Origin: Malacoraja senta
Taxonomy: Eukaryota
Length of the DNA: 64,000 bases
Direction: 5' to 3'
NCBI GenBank assembly: GCA_038087875.1
Contig: CM075990.1
Span: 248,001 to 312,000 of the forward strand
Shown piece by piece: positions 48,134 through 59,740 of this stretch. How positions within the stretch are numbered: position 1 is the stretch's first letter; each line of letters starts with the position of its first letter. The position numbers and the translations under genes are program-made. Under the pieces are notes generated by a model. That model was not told where the DNA came from. It saw nothing but the letters and a program-made list of their open reading frames with translations, and made no database searches.

Positions 48134-49074
48134 AGTTACTCCAGCATTTTGTGTCTATCTTCGATTTAAACCAGCATCTGCAGTTCCTTCCTACACAGTG
48201 ATCTTTAACCTTATCCATTTACTCATAGTCAATGAGGTAAATGCTGGGAAAGGACAATGTTGTGGAGGATGCCCTAAGCAGGTTGATGATTGTCAATGGC
48301 ATAGCATCCGGCACACTTCCATTCATAGCTGTTCACCTGTTACAAAGCCTAGATAAAACTCCAATCAAAAGTAATCTCATTCGGCAGTGGACAGCTCGTG
48401 ATCCACTTCTAACGCAGGTAAAAAGAGCGCTACAAGTCCATAAGCCTGCCAGGCCTTCGCCTGAATTACCTCCTTTTACAAATCGTCCACTCCAAAGATG
48501 TACAGGTTTATAGGTTAATTGGCTTGGTATCAATGCAAAATTGTGTAGAATAGTGTTATTGTGTTAATGTGCGGGGATCGCTGGTCGGAGGAAACTCGGT
48601 GGGCCGAAGGGCCTGTTTCCGCACTGTATCTCTAAACTAAAAACTAAATTTGAACTGAGCCTACAGGACGGCTGCATATTATGGGGTAACCGACTAGTGG
48701 ATCCCCCTCAAAACCGTAAATGCATACTCCGCGATCTGTCTGATGCTCACCCAAGTGTAGTGAGAATGAACGAACTTGCAAAAAAGTACGTGCGGTGGCT
48801 TCAAACAGGCACCGATATTGAAAATATGCATGCATTTGCCCTATTTGTCAGAAGAAGCAAACGTTACCAACAAGGATCCCCCTTGAACCACAAGCTTGGC
48901 CTAATTCCCCATGGAAATGCATCCATATTGATTATTGCAGACCGTTTACGGACACATGTCTCTGTATGTTGGACTGCTACAACTATCGACTGCTACAACT
49001 ATTTACTTTTCACAATTATCTTTTGTAATGCATTGAAAGCATTCTGATTAGTGGGTAGGAGGTGAAGCAAATTT

Positions 49075-49280
49075 CTGTCAGCACCACGTCTGTCTGTCGG
49101 CACCACGTCTGTCTGTCGGCACCACGCCTGTCTGTCGGCACCACGTCTGTCTGTCGGCGCCACGCCTGTCTGTCGGCGCCACGTCTGTCTGTCGGCACCA
49201 CGTCTGTCTGTCGGCGCCACGCCTGTCTGTCGGCACCACGTCTGTCTGTCGGCGCCACGCCTGTCTGTCGGCGCCACGTC
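49075..49280. repeat. 19-bp minisatellite (CTGTCTGTCGGCRCCACGY), about 10.8 copies
   Basis: Head-to-tail units with no spacers. Confidence 0.95.
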
Positions 49281-49319
49281 CTGGTACCCATTTTGCCTGT
49301 GCTCTAGGTTAAAACGAGG

Positions 49320-49519
49320 TACAATGAGACTCAACAAGATGAGTTTGAAGCTGATACATCAAGGGTGGGGGAGGGATGGAGAGAGGGGAGGTGCAAGGGT
49401 TACTTGAGGTTAGAGAAATCAAATTCATACCACTGGGTTGTAAGCTGCTCAAGCAAAACATGAGATGCTGTTCCTCCAATTTGCGTTTCGCCACACTCTG
49501 ACAGTGGAGGAGCCCAGGA
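49320..49519 (-). mobile_element. Penelope-like 3' fragment
   Basis: LLHCQSVAKRKLEEQHLMFCLSSLQPSGMN. Confidence 0.78.
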
Positions 49520-50985
49520 CAAGGGCTGCGGAACCAGGGGGGCTGCAGCCCCCCCCCCCCCCCACCCACTTTTTTACCGATGATACCTCCGGGAGTTAGC
49601 GGCCAGCCCAGCGGATGTACTTTAGTGACCAACATGGATGGTTCAGTGTCTGCAGGAAGCACCAACCTCACCAGTAACACACCGGGAGTGGGGGAGGGGG
49701 TCAGCAACTCACCGCGTAGGGGCGGTATTGGTGGGCCAGTGAACATGAAGGGAGGGGACGGGGTAGAGGGAGGGAGAGTGAAGGCTTCCAACACTCACAC
49801 CCAGAGCCGTGTAGAAGCGAGCGACGGGAGGAGTGGCCCGGGGTCTAAGGGCAAGAGGTGAGGGCACGAGGTCAAGGGGTCGGATTAATGGAGAACGCTG
49901 CTGAACAACCCAACCTTTCTGCTCCTATTTATAGAGGAATCAGGGACAAAAACACAGAGAGCTGCCATGTCAAACACTGGCTAACCCCGGATAGAATCCA
50001 GGGTCAGCTCTGGTTTCACACCAGGTAGGATGTCAAGAGTTCGTAGGGAAGCCAGAATGGGTGAGCAAGGAAAGGTCTCAGTCATGTGTAGACTCTTGGG
50101 CTATTTACATTGCAGGGGAGGGGAGTAGAAGATTGAGAGCTTGTTCACAATCCTGTGGTGGAACGAACAAGGAGAAGTTGTTCCAAGAAACGTACAACAT
50201 GGACTTTGGGTGATCACACCAGAGGCAACGGCAGACGACAAACTCGGCAGAGAGTGGAGAAACCGCACTTCAGGAGACCCTTCACAATGACGGCTTGGCC
50301 TAGCACTGAAGGGGAAACCTTGTAAAAGTCTGGGAGGAAGGGCAAAGCAATAGGGGAGATAGAAACAAAATGCTGGAGTAACTCAGTTAGGCAGCATCTC
50401 TGGAGAAAATGAATGGGTGACGTATCGTTTCGGGTTGGGACCCTTCTTCAGAGATGCTGCCTGACACACTGAGTTACTCCAGCATTTTGTTTCTATTTGC
50501 AGTCCTTCCTACACAAGGTAAAAGGGGACCTAGAAGGGTGCTCGTTCAAAGAGACGGGCTAGGCTCAATAGGCCAAATGGCCGCCATCCACTACATCCCC
50601 CCACAACGGCGTACCCCACCCACCCAGGGCGCTCTGTACCATGTAAGGCACTGGCGTCGATCCCGGGGGTGGAGGGGTGGGGGGAATGGGGGATAAATCC
50701 CCCCACTTTTTGAGGTGGGGGATGGCCTGTATTATTATCCCCCAGTTTTTGGAGGTCGAGCAATAACAAAAATAATAATCACCTGCTCCTATCTTTCATG
50801 TAGGCCCTACATTATCTTAAAAATACTTCAAACAAAAAACATTGAAATCGTACTTCTACAATGACCTAAAAAATGATTTTTATACATCAGATTTCAAAAA
50901 GTCCCTCCCACACCCTCCCCCCGAGGCTGGTGATGATCAGCGATCGCTCAGCCCCCCCACTTTCAAAAATGCTCCGCGGCCCCTG
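49520..50985. mobile_element. Non-autonomous hAT-like element with a 5-bp TSD
   Basis: TIR CAAGGGCTGCGGAAC / GCTCCGCGGCCCCTG; CAGGA TSD at 49515-49519 and 50986-50990, inside Penelope sequence. Confidence 0.68.
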
Positions 50986-51208
50986 CAGGACAGGATTAAC
51001 ATTGCCAAAAAGCTTTGGGCACGAATCTAAACTTGGCGGGACCGTGGTTGAAATTTCTCTGTAGATCTGTACATTTCATGGATAGAAGAAGTACAGGGAT
51101 TTGGACAATCAGATGTGAACCAGCACAACCATTCCAACCTGTTTTTCTGGGGCAGTGTGGTCCATTCTGCTTGTGTCGTTGTTTGACTAGTTCCTTCTTT
51201 GTTTAATT

Positions 51209-51526
51209 ACAGCACGGTAGCGCAGAGGTAGTAGATCCACTGCCTTACAGCGCCAGAGACCTGGGATTCAATCCTGGCTACTGGTACTTGTCTGTACGGA
51301 GTTTGTACATTCTCCCTGTGACCCGTGTGGGTTTTCACTGAGATCTTCGGTTTCCTCCCACACTCCAAAGACGTACAGGTTTGTAGGTTAATTGGCTTGG
51401 TATAAATGTATAACATGTCAAATTATCCCTGGTGTGTGTAGGATAGGGGTAATGTGCAGGGATCGCTGGTCGCTGGTGGGCTTGGTGGGCCAAAGTGCCT
51501 GTTTCCATGCTGTATCTCTAAAGTAA
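51209..51526 (+). mobile_element. tRNA-derived V-SINE (HE1-like), near full length
   Basis: A/B-box head, V core and LINE-like tail. Confidence 0.83.
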
Positions 51527-51886
51527 AATATATTAACCCATTGTCAGTTTTAAAAGATCTGTAAAAAAAAAACCTCAGCTGTTTAAGCTGGGAAGCTGGG
51601 ATGTGAAGTTTGGTCATGTTTTCTCTGTGAAAACTAGTTGTCTTCCAGAACAGCTGCCTGACCTCTTTAATATTGGCATACTTTGAGCAGAATGTGGTCT
51701 CTGGGTTGGAAGCAAATGCATATGTAGAAGTATCCTGTTCTTTAAAGGGTCTCAATGCGAAACATCACTCATTTCTTCTCTCCAGAGATGCTGCCAATCC
51801 CGCTGAGTTACTCCAGCATTTTGTGTCCATCCTTGACAACTGCATTCAGATTTTTCCAACATCTGGATTGGTGCACATCTGTTAAC

Positions 51887-52340
51887 ACCATTTACGATGA
51901 TGATCCCAGGAATCAGTGGGTTAACAAATGATGAGTGTTTGACAGCACTGGGCCTCTATACTCAGTGGCATTTAGAAAGATGAGGGGGAACCTCATTGAA
52001 ACTTTCCAAATAGTGAAAGGCCTGGGTAGACTGGATGTGGAGAGGATGTTTCCATTAGTGGGAGAGTCCAGAGGACTGAGAATTAAAGGACATTCCTTTA
52101 GAAAGGAGAAGAAATTTCTTTAGTCGGTGTGGAATCTGTGAAATTCTTTGCCACAGAAGGCTGTGGAGGCCGTCAATTGATATTTTTATGGCAGAGGTAG
52201 ATAGATTCTTGATTAGTACAGGTGTCAGGGGATACGGGCAGAAGGCAGGAGAATGGGGTTAAGAGGGAAAGATAGATCAGCCATGATTGAGTAGACTTGA
52301 TGGGCCAAATGACCTAATTCTGCTCCTATCACTTATGAAC
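51887..52340 (+). mobile_element. CR1 3' fragment
   Basis: FRKMRGNLIETF..RMFPLVGES plus 3' UTR. Confidence 0.8.
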
Positions 52341-54107
52341 CATTGCTCCTTTGCTAAAACCTGTATTGGTGGTCAACCAACCAACCCCAAATCTCCTGTG
52401 ACTTTGCATGAGGCGGGGCCTGTCAGGATCATTTTCTAGTTGGAAATAGCTATATCAAAATGAGTTGACAAGGTGCATTTAGTTCCCATGACATCTACTT
52501 CAGAAATGCACTCCGATTTTTCTAGGTCCTCAATCTTTGCCTGTGCATCTCAGGCCCACATTATTGCCCCTTCACATGTCAACCTTCCATACCACTTCCC
52601 ACCTCATCTCGCACAGTGACATAAAACATAAACCCCCTTGAGATCCGTGTTTTCTCTGTACTAATTATTTTTGGGTCTGGGGTTTCATGGACAAGGCCAG
52701 CATTTCTTGCCCAGGAAATTAGTAATTTATTCAGGAATTCCACAGTGTACTTTAGGTTTAGGTTCAGGTTTATTATTGTCATGCACCATGGTCATATAAA
52801 AAGCTTTGTTTTGCATGCTATGCAAACAGATCAGATATACTACCATAAATACAATAAGACTAATTCAAGTACAATAGATGGAGCAAAGGGGATGAGGCAG
52901 TGGAGAATAATGTTCTTGTTCATCTTTCTTGTAATGGGGCAACCAGAACTGCACACAACACTCCAAATGTGGCCTCACCAAAGTCCTACAGAACTGCATC
53001 AATGCCCCAAGCAATGAAGGGAAGCATACCATACGCCTTTTTTACCATACTATCTCCTTGTAGCGTTGTTACAAAACTGCCTGTGCGTGCCACTGCCTGT
53101 GCGTGCGTGCGATTCTGGAGGCTTTGGTGGTGGGGGGGCGGGATTAAAATGAAGGTTTGTATTGGTTGTCGGAGAGGGGTTTCCTTGGGCTGCTAGCTGA
53201 GGAAGAAAAATCGTTCGCGCTTTCATTCCCGTTATTTAAATTTAATTTGCTGGACGAATGCATCACTGGATTGAAGTTAAAGGCGACTTCTAATGCCTTC
53301 AATGCCTTCAACATCACGGATCGCAATATCAGGACAAAACAATTAGTATGTTGTGTATTTAACATATTATCTTGCTTTTTGGTGTGGCTTCATTTTAATC
53401 ACATGATTCAAAAAATGTTATTTAGCTCCCCCTCCCCCCCCCCCCCCATACAAATCAGACATGCTGATATGGGCTTAAAATTTATGGCAACTGCAACATT
53501 CCAATCGATCACATTCCAGAAAAATCCACTCTTAAGACAATCAAATTCATTATTTTTTTGCACACTCATGTCATAAGAACATCTAAATCATCTATATTTT
53601 GTGTTATTGTCTATCCATGATCAATAATTTCATACTAAATCTCCACAGTACAGTTTTAGTCAGATGTATTGTGCAAAAAATAATAATTTTGATTATCTTG
53701 AAAGTGGATGTTTCTGGATTAATTTATGGGAATTAAACATTAAATTCCTTCAATTTGACATAAATTCATTGACAAAGTGAGATTTAAAAATCATGTTATA
53801 TTGTGAATTCTTGTGTGAATGGGATCAGTTTGTTATTTGTTATTTAGATACTTAGACTATTTAAAAATGTTAGCCTTTTCTTAAGAAATAGATAGATGTT
53901 TCGATCTTGTAATTTAATTTAGATGAATTTAATGGATTAGCTGAATTGATTTGATGAAACTGATGAAAATAATTTTTTTGTTGGGTATTTACTATTTGTT
54001 TTAGCGGTTAACTTTATCGTTTCTACCTTTTTTTCTAAAACTGCAAATAATAACTTGTTTTTGTTAATGCTGTTCAGTGGGTTGCTTTTTCTTTACATTT
54101 TAAACAG

Positions 54108-54436
54108 ATGTCTCCGTAGAAGAAATGCAAAATTGTCAATCCAAATGCCCAGCAAAAGAGACTGATTTAGACAGCATTCACAGAGATTATCCGAATTTGG
54201 ACTACTCCGAATGTGATGATCTACAGGACATTTTTAATGGGAAAGTAGTGGGCAGAAAGGCATGTCATTGTAAACTTGTAGTTTACAATGCCAAAATTGA
54301 AAAGTTGAGGAAAAACAAACTGTACAGAGTTGCTTATCGGTTACAATCTGAGGAGTATGATGATGCTACTGATTATGATATCCAAATGTACCAGCTAGCA
54401 ACTGATCTTCTCCATAAAGACTTGGTCTTTTGCTAG
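54108..54436 (+). CDS. Putative terminal exon of a transposon-encoded protein (Tudor/Spindlin-like appearance)
   Basis: Acceptor TTTTTCTTTACATTTTAAACAG at about 54086-54107. The frame is open to the stop and reads VVGRKACH..VYNAKIEKL..YRVAY..D.Y..YQLATDLLHKDL. Confidence 0.5.
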
Positions 54437-54529
54437 AAATTGTAACTTTCTGTTATGGACTTACAGCATATAATACAATAATATTAAAGTTCTGATCTTG
54501 AGAATATCAAATTTTTTAATTTTCAAGGC

Positions 54530-55121
54530 AGTCTCAAGAGATTCAAGATTCAAGATTTCCTTTATTGTCATTCAGACCTGAACGAAATTGTGATGCCTGC
54601 AGTCATACACAGAACCAATAATAACAAAACATACAATAAACACAAATTAAACATCCACCACAGTGAGTTCACCAAGCACATCCTCACTGTGATGGAGGCA
54701 AAGTCTTAGTCTCCGTCTCTCCCCTCCTTGTTCTCCCTCTGCGCTGAGGCGATCGATCCAGGCCGAAGATGCCGCTCTCCAGTCCAGCAGACCTCCGTGG
54801 AGATGTCGCCGCCGCCGAAAGCCAGAACGCCGTCTCCGCGCCGAGACGGCCCGCCACAGCATCAGCCTCGGGGTCGGTCGCAGGATGGAGGCCGCCAGCC
54901 CCGCCATTAGGCCTCACCGCAGACGGAGGCAGGGAAGGGGGATATGACACAAAAAAGTCGCATTCCCCCGAAGGAAGAGACAGAGAACATGTTTCACCCC
55001 CCCTAACACAACCCAACAAAGTAAAACTTAACCAAAACAAGACAAAAAAAATAATAATAAATAAAAGTTAAAACAGACGGACTGCAGGCGAGCCGCAGCT
55101 GTTAACAGCCCCGCCACTCGG
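54530..55121 (-). mobile_element. GC-rich non-autonomous retroposon
   Basis: Minus-strand TGACAATAAA with a (TCTTGAA)n tail; similar to 39312-40152. Confidence 0.6.
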
Positions 55122-55918
55122 TGTTTATTATTAATTAGGTAACTAATTATATGCTTTAATTTCAGGTTATCCAAGTAAGATGTTTCATATTTGTTTCAGA
55201 ATCCTTCAATCTATAATAACGGAAATTTTCATTCATTTCTCTTAATTTTTTAGAAAATTATGGGCTTTTGACTGTCCTTGGTCACAGCTTTTGTGTAAAG
55301 ACAATGGAAAAGCAATAGGGAACAAGATACTAATTTCCGAGTATCAAAATTACCATAACTTTTTTAATACTGAAGATATGAAAGTGAATTAGGTATCACA
55401 TTAAAGTAAATTTTATGCTTTATCTGATGGCATAAATTACAGGCTTGATTTTTAACATCTCAACATTTTGTAACATTCCTCCTACTTGTGCTGCCACCTT
55501 TATTGAACTATGTACTAGGAATCTGAGATCCGTTTGTACATTAATTGTGTTATGGGTCTTGCCTATAGGTCTCACCTTGTATTGAAACTCCCTAAGTGCA
55601 ACATCTCACACGTGCTCACGTTAAACTCCATCAGCCATTTCTCTGCCCAAATCTGCAGCCAGGTTCTAGGAAAATGTCGGAATAATCCATTTGTCCAGTT
55701 GCAGCCTTCATGACAACAGTTTATCAACCTTATCTTCATGTAATTTGGTTCCAACTACAGTAGCTCTTGAAGTCTTCTCTTCGCCATCTCAGTTCCAGGT
55801 GTTTAGTACAATGCGAAGCCTGAAAGAATAGCAACCCCAAGAAGCAAATCATCGTACTTCTACTATTAAGTAACACGTTTGGAAAATAATCCCAATTTCA
55901 AATCTGTTTAGGGACTGA

Positions 55919-58900
55919 TGGGCCTGTCCCTCTTAGGCTATTTTTCAGCGGACTGCCGGCGACTGTCAAGTTACCGGCAGTCACCTGAAAAACCGGCAAC
56001 TGGAACGGTGACTGTCAGAGTGGAACACAGACACACACAAACACATCGCTTCCTTTACCAGCCCGTTATGAAGGCAGGGGACAGGGCAAGTGAACCTGAG
56101 GGGGACCAATATCCTGGCGGGGAGATTTGCAAAGGCTACTGGGGAGACTTTAAACTAGAATGGTTGGGGGGAGGGACTCAAATAGAGAAAGCTATTAGAC
56201 AGTGTGTGAGGCAGGAGGCAGAGAAGGAAAGCACTCAGACCCAACATGTAGGGGGGAAAGAAGTAAACAATATTAAACAGAGAATAAGAGGTGGTGGGGT
56301 TCTTAAATGGGTGAGCAGAGATACAGAGGGATGTAAAATGCGGGCGGAAGCAATAGGTAGCAAGGTGAAAAGTAAAAGTGGCAGGACGACAAATCCAGGG
56401 CAAAAATCAAAAAGGACCAAGGCTGGGAGCTGAACATCCAGGGATATTCAATATTCAGGAGGGATAGAGAGAAAGGAAAAGGAGGTGGGGTAGCGTTGCT
56501 GGTTAGAGAGGAGATTAACGCAGTGGAAAGGAAGGACATTAGCTTGGAGGATGTGGAATCGGTATGGGTAGAGCTGCGAAACACTAAGGGGCAGAAAACG
56601 CTGGTGGGTGTTGTGTACAGGCCACCTAGCAGTAGTAGTGAAGTTGGGGATGGCATCAAACAGGAAATTAGAAATGCGTGCAACAAAGGCAAAACAGTTA
56701 TAATGGGTGACTTCAATCTACATATAGATTGGGTGAATCAAATTGGCAGGGGTGCTGAGGAAGAGGATTTCTTGGAATGTATGCGGGATAGTTATCTAAA
56801 CCAACATGTAGAGGAACCAACGAGAGAGCAGGCTATTCTAGACTGGGTATTGAGTAATGAGGAAGGGGTAGTTAGCAGTCTTGTTGTGCATGCCCCCTTG
56901 GGCAAGAGTGACCATAATATGGTTGAGTTCTTCATTAGAATGGAGAGTGACATTGTTAATTCAGAAACAATGGTTCTGAACTTAAAGAAAGGTAACTTTG
57001 AGGGTATGAGACGTGAATTGGCCAAGATTGACTGGCAATTAGTTCTAAAAGGGTTGACGGTGGATATGCAATGGAAGGCATTTAAAGACTGATGGATGAA
57101 CTACAAAAATTGTTCATCCCAGTTTGGCAAAAGAATAAATCAGGGAAGGTAGTGCATCCGTGGATAACAAGGGAAATCAGGGATAGTATCAAAGCAAAAG
57201 ATGATGCATACAAATTAGCCAGAAAAAGTAGCATACCAGTGGACTGGGAGAAATTCAGAGACCAGCAGAGGAGGACAAAGGGCTTAATTAGGAAAGGGGA
57301 AAAAATATTATGAAAGAAAACTGGCAGGGAACATAAAAACTGACTGCAAAAGTTTTTATAGATATTTGAAGAGAAAGAGATTAGTTAAAACAAATGTAGG
57401 TCCCTTGCAGTCAGAAACAGGTGAATTGATCATGGGGAACAAGGATATGGTGGACCAATTGAATAACTACTTTGGTTCCGTCTTCACCAGGGAAGACATA
57501 AATAATCTGCCGGAAATAGCAGGGGACAAAGGAGATGGAGGAACTGAGTGAAATCCAGGTTAGTCGGGAAGTGGTGTTGGGTAAATTGAATGGATTAAAG
57601 GCCAATAAATCACCAGGGCCAGATAGGCTGCATCCCAGAGTACTTAAGGAAGTAGCTCCAGAAATAGTGGATGCATTAGTGATAATTTTTCAAAACTCTT
57701 TAGATTCTGGAGTAGTTCCTGAGGATTGGAGGGTAGCAAACGTAACCCCACTTTTTAAGAAGGGAGGGAGAGAGAAAACGGGGAATTACAGACCAGTTAG
57801 TCTAACATCGGTAGTGGGGAAACTGCTAGAGTCAGTTATTAAAGATGGGATAGCAGCACATTTGGAAAGTGGTGAAATGATTGGACAAAGTCAGCATGGA
57901 TTTACAAAAGGTATTGGGGGTTCAGTATTGATGTGGATAGAGAACTGGCTGGCAAACAGGAAGCAAAGAGTAGGAGTAAACGGGTCCTTTTCACAATGGC
58001 AGGCAGTGACTAGTGGGGTACCGCAAGGCTCAGTGCTGCGACCCCAGCTATTTACAATTTATATTAATGAACTGGATGAGGGAATTGAAGGCAACATCTC
58101 CAAGTTTGCGGATGACACTAAGCTGGGGGGCAGTGTTAGCTGTGAGCAGGATGCTAGGAGACAGCAAGGTGACTTGGATAGGCTGGGTGAGTGGGCAAAT
58201 GTTTGGCAGATGCAGTATAATGTGGATAAATGTGAGGTTATCCACTTTGGTGGCAAAAACAGGAAAGCAGACTATTATCTAAATGGTGGCCGATTAGGAA
58301 AAGGGGAGATGCAGCGAGACCTGGGTGTCATGGTACACCAGTCATTGAAAGTAGGCATGCAGGTGCAGCAGGCAGTGAAGAAAGCGAATGGTATGTTAGC
58401 TTTCATAGCAAAAGGATTTGAGTCTAGGAGCAGGGAGGTTCTACTGCAGTTGTACAGGGTCTTGGTGAGACCACACCTGGAGTATTGCGTACAAATCTGA
58501 GGAAGGACATTATAGCCATAGAGGGAGTGCAGAGAAGGTTCACCAGACTGATTCCTGGGATGTCAGGACTTTCATATGAAGAAAGACTGGATAGATTCGG
58601 CTTATACTCGTTAGAATTTAGGAGATTGAGAGGGGATCTTATAGAAACTTACAAAATTCTTATGGGGTTGGACAGGCTAGATGCAGGAAGATTGTTCCCG
58701 ATGTTGGGGAAGTCCAGGACAAGGGGTCACAGCTTAAGGATAAGGGGGAAATCCTTTAAGACCGAGATGAGAAAAAACTTTTTCACACAGAGTGGTGAAT
58801 CTCTGGAACTCTCTGCCACAGAGGGTAGTTGAGGCCAGTTCATTGGCTATATTTAAGAGGGAGTTAGATGTGGCCCTTGTGGCTAAAGGGATCAGGGGGT

Positions 58901-59740
58901 ATGGAGAGAAGGCAGGTACGGGATACTGAGTTGGATGGTCAGCCATGATCATATTGAATGGCGGTGCAGCCTCGAAGGGCCGAATGGCCTACTCCTGCAC
59001 CTATTTTCTATGAATCTATGTAAACGGGGGGAGCATTGTCTAAAAAATTCACACGGTGTAAAAGCCAAGGTGATGCAGACACACACCGCGATGAACAGGA
59101 AGGTTGGCGCTGTAATTAAGATGGGTAAAGCACAGTGTACGTTAAGTCCTTTAAAAGTGAGGGGGAGAGGGGGGGGGAGAGCGGGGGGAGAGGGGGAAGA
59201 GGGGGGGGAGAGGGGGGGAGGCTTGGGGGGTGGGTCGTCGGGGGGGGGGGGGGGGGGTCGTGGGGGGGGGGGGTAGAAAGGGGGAGAAAGAGTGCAGACA
59301 ACTTTTAAGAAGCCAGAGATACATGGCTGTGAAGCTCGGCGGACATTTAACATTACCGGTCGGTTATCCTTGGTTCTGAAAACTACTGCTTACCTTTTTG
59401 TTCCCCACTGAGCCAATGAAATTCACCGGTCAGCACCGGCTACAATCAATGAGAACCTACGAGAACCTTCAACCTCCTGGCAACCCATTAGGATCTCCTG
59501 CCGACCCACCTACGGCACGAGAATTTTCGCTGCTCTCCATGGCGGCTTAATTCTAGTCGCCGCTAATTTTTCAACATGTTGAAACATTTGCTGCGACCAT
59601 AATGAGGCCGCGACTAGTTCCCAGAATGCGGGAACTCCTCACGACCATGAAGGCGACTCCCTGGCAAATACCCGCGAACATGTGGCAACTGCATAGTCTC
59701 CTGCAGTCGCCTGAAAAATCGCCTAAGTGGGACAGGCCCA
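55919..59740. mobile_element. PIF/Harbinger-like MITE (same family as 18994) split by a CR1 insertion
   Basis: TIR TGGGCCTGTCCC; TGA TSD at 55916-55918 and 59741-59743. Both halves match 18994-19733. Confidence 0.82.
56091..59021 (+). mobile_element. CR1 LINE, young copy with internal deletions
   Basis: End of ORF1 (GTNILAGRF, esterase-type), APE endonuclease 56496-57092 (GGGV, VYRPP, MGDFN, SDHN), RT 57535-58500, and 3' tail. Nearly identical to 5646-7973. Confidence 0.95.

Larger units (their letters stand above)
37830..48950 (+). mobile_element. Old Ty3/Gypsy (Mag-like) pol, fragmented by nested insertions
   Basis: In order: FLGRNW (about 38010), VPYG..SEWAAPIV..IRICGDYK (38150 and 38945-39090), YPLPQLEDL, YLDDI (about 40357), RNase H with SRTL..AETN and DHKP (41100-41630), N..DALSRL (48241), integrase H-P/W-P region and PW..IHIDY (48650-48950). 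Confidence 0.85.
53061..55481 (+). mobile_element. DNA transposon with TAG ends and a 7-bp TSD, retaining a coding exon
   Basis: TIR TAGCGTTGTTACAAAA / TTTTGTAACATTCCTC; TSD CTCCTTG / CTACTTG in a CR1 remnant. 55130-55481 and 53715-53920 are inverted homologues of 22582-23130. Confidence 0.75.

Noticed and set aside
49075..49280. Regular short repeat array that might be a CRISPR
   Set aside because: Units are contiguous 19-mers with no unique spacers, there are no cas genes, and the context is eukaryotic. It is a minisatellite, and the repetitive ORFs over it are artefacts.
57905..57915. CR1 deletion as a spliced-out intron (AAG|GTAAAT donor-like)
   Set aside because: The 3' end of the removed segment is CG, not AG, in the intact copy. 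GGTA microhomology explains it.
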